Shown piece after piece: positions 63,545 to 64,000 of a stretch of 64,000 bases of DNA (its first letter is position 1; the number at the start of each line of letters is the position of its first letter). A program made the translations under genes and the position numbers. The notes under the pieces were generated by a model. It was given only the letters and a program-made list of their open reading frames with translations. It had not been told where the DNA came from and made no database searches. The stretch lies in the NCBI RefSeq assembly GCF_009914755.1, contig NC_060934.1; one strand, 5' to 3'. The stretch is from the human T2T-CHM13v2.0 reference genome, Homo sapiens.

Positions 63545-63790
63545 CTCATCGCCTTCACGTCGCGTTTCTTAATTTAAAGTGGGAAATTCCATATTGGGTG
63601 CCTCATCAATCATTTTTGTGAGCTCAGCTCCATGGAAAGCACAGAAAACATTTATATTTGCAGCTCAAACTGTCGAAAATGTAAAACAATTTAAATAATA
63701 TTAACATTTTAACAGCCTCCACTCACAGCTCTGTGAAATTAACCATTATCTCTTGGAGTAGTTGTTAAAATTCAGCCGTGGGTAAGTGGT
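63545..63790. promoter_or_regulatory. Candidate enhancer (RBPJ/NF-kB, CArG-like and PBX motifs)
   Basis: GTGGGAAATTCC, CCATATTGGG and ATCAATCA within 35 bp in an AT-rich unique island. Confidence 0.4.
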
Positions 63791-64000
63791 GAGACCCATG
63801 GACAGCGTGTTTAGGGGTGAGAGGAAAGGCCAGGGGGCCACCCGTGTGAGCTCCCAGGGGCTGGTCCCACCCAGGCCTCCTGGCCATTCTGCCAGGCCTG
63901 TGTCCTTGCTCAGGGGACAGACTCCTGTGGCAGGGACTGTGGCTCCTTGTGTCTCAGATGAAGACCCTCCAATTGGGCTGGGTGCTGGAGGCCTAGAGAG

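Overview
Primate (most likely human) non-coding genomic DNA, judged from AluJ/AluS, L1PA and THE1/MST elements. I find no credible protein-coding gene, RNA gene, CRISPR array or prokaryote-type system. The listed ORFs are chance ORFs, simple-repeat artefacts or retroelement remnants. Roughly half the window is interspersed repeat: Alu, old L1M/HAL1, L2, L3/CR1, MIR, MaLR and LTR16 LTRs, and hAT/Tigger DNA transposons. The largest coherent object is an ancient two-LTR ERV-L provirus remnant (LTR16/ERV3-16A3 type, about 31.5-39.7 kb, minus strand). It retains a Leu-tRNA PBS and gag, protease, RT, RNase H and dUTPase remnants, has lost the integrase core, and carries an internal duplication plus four younger insertions. 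Between repeats lie unique, motif-dense islands (PBX-HOX, TALE, FOX, TCF, RBPJ/NF-kB, RE1-like, CTCF-like, locally high CpG) that resemble distal enhancers of a gene desert or large intron. The least explained items are a 62-bp direct repeat 815 bp apart at about 21 kb beside a possible fossil 75-nt exon, a CpG-retaining segment with degenerate inverted ends at 45.65-46.33 kb, and a 152-bp tandem duplication with asymmetric CpG decay. Repeat family names come from recalled consensus sequences and boundaries of old elements are approximate. No searches were run, and I cannot claim a new biological system from this sequence alone.
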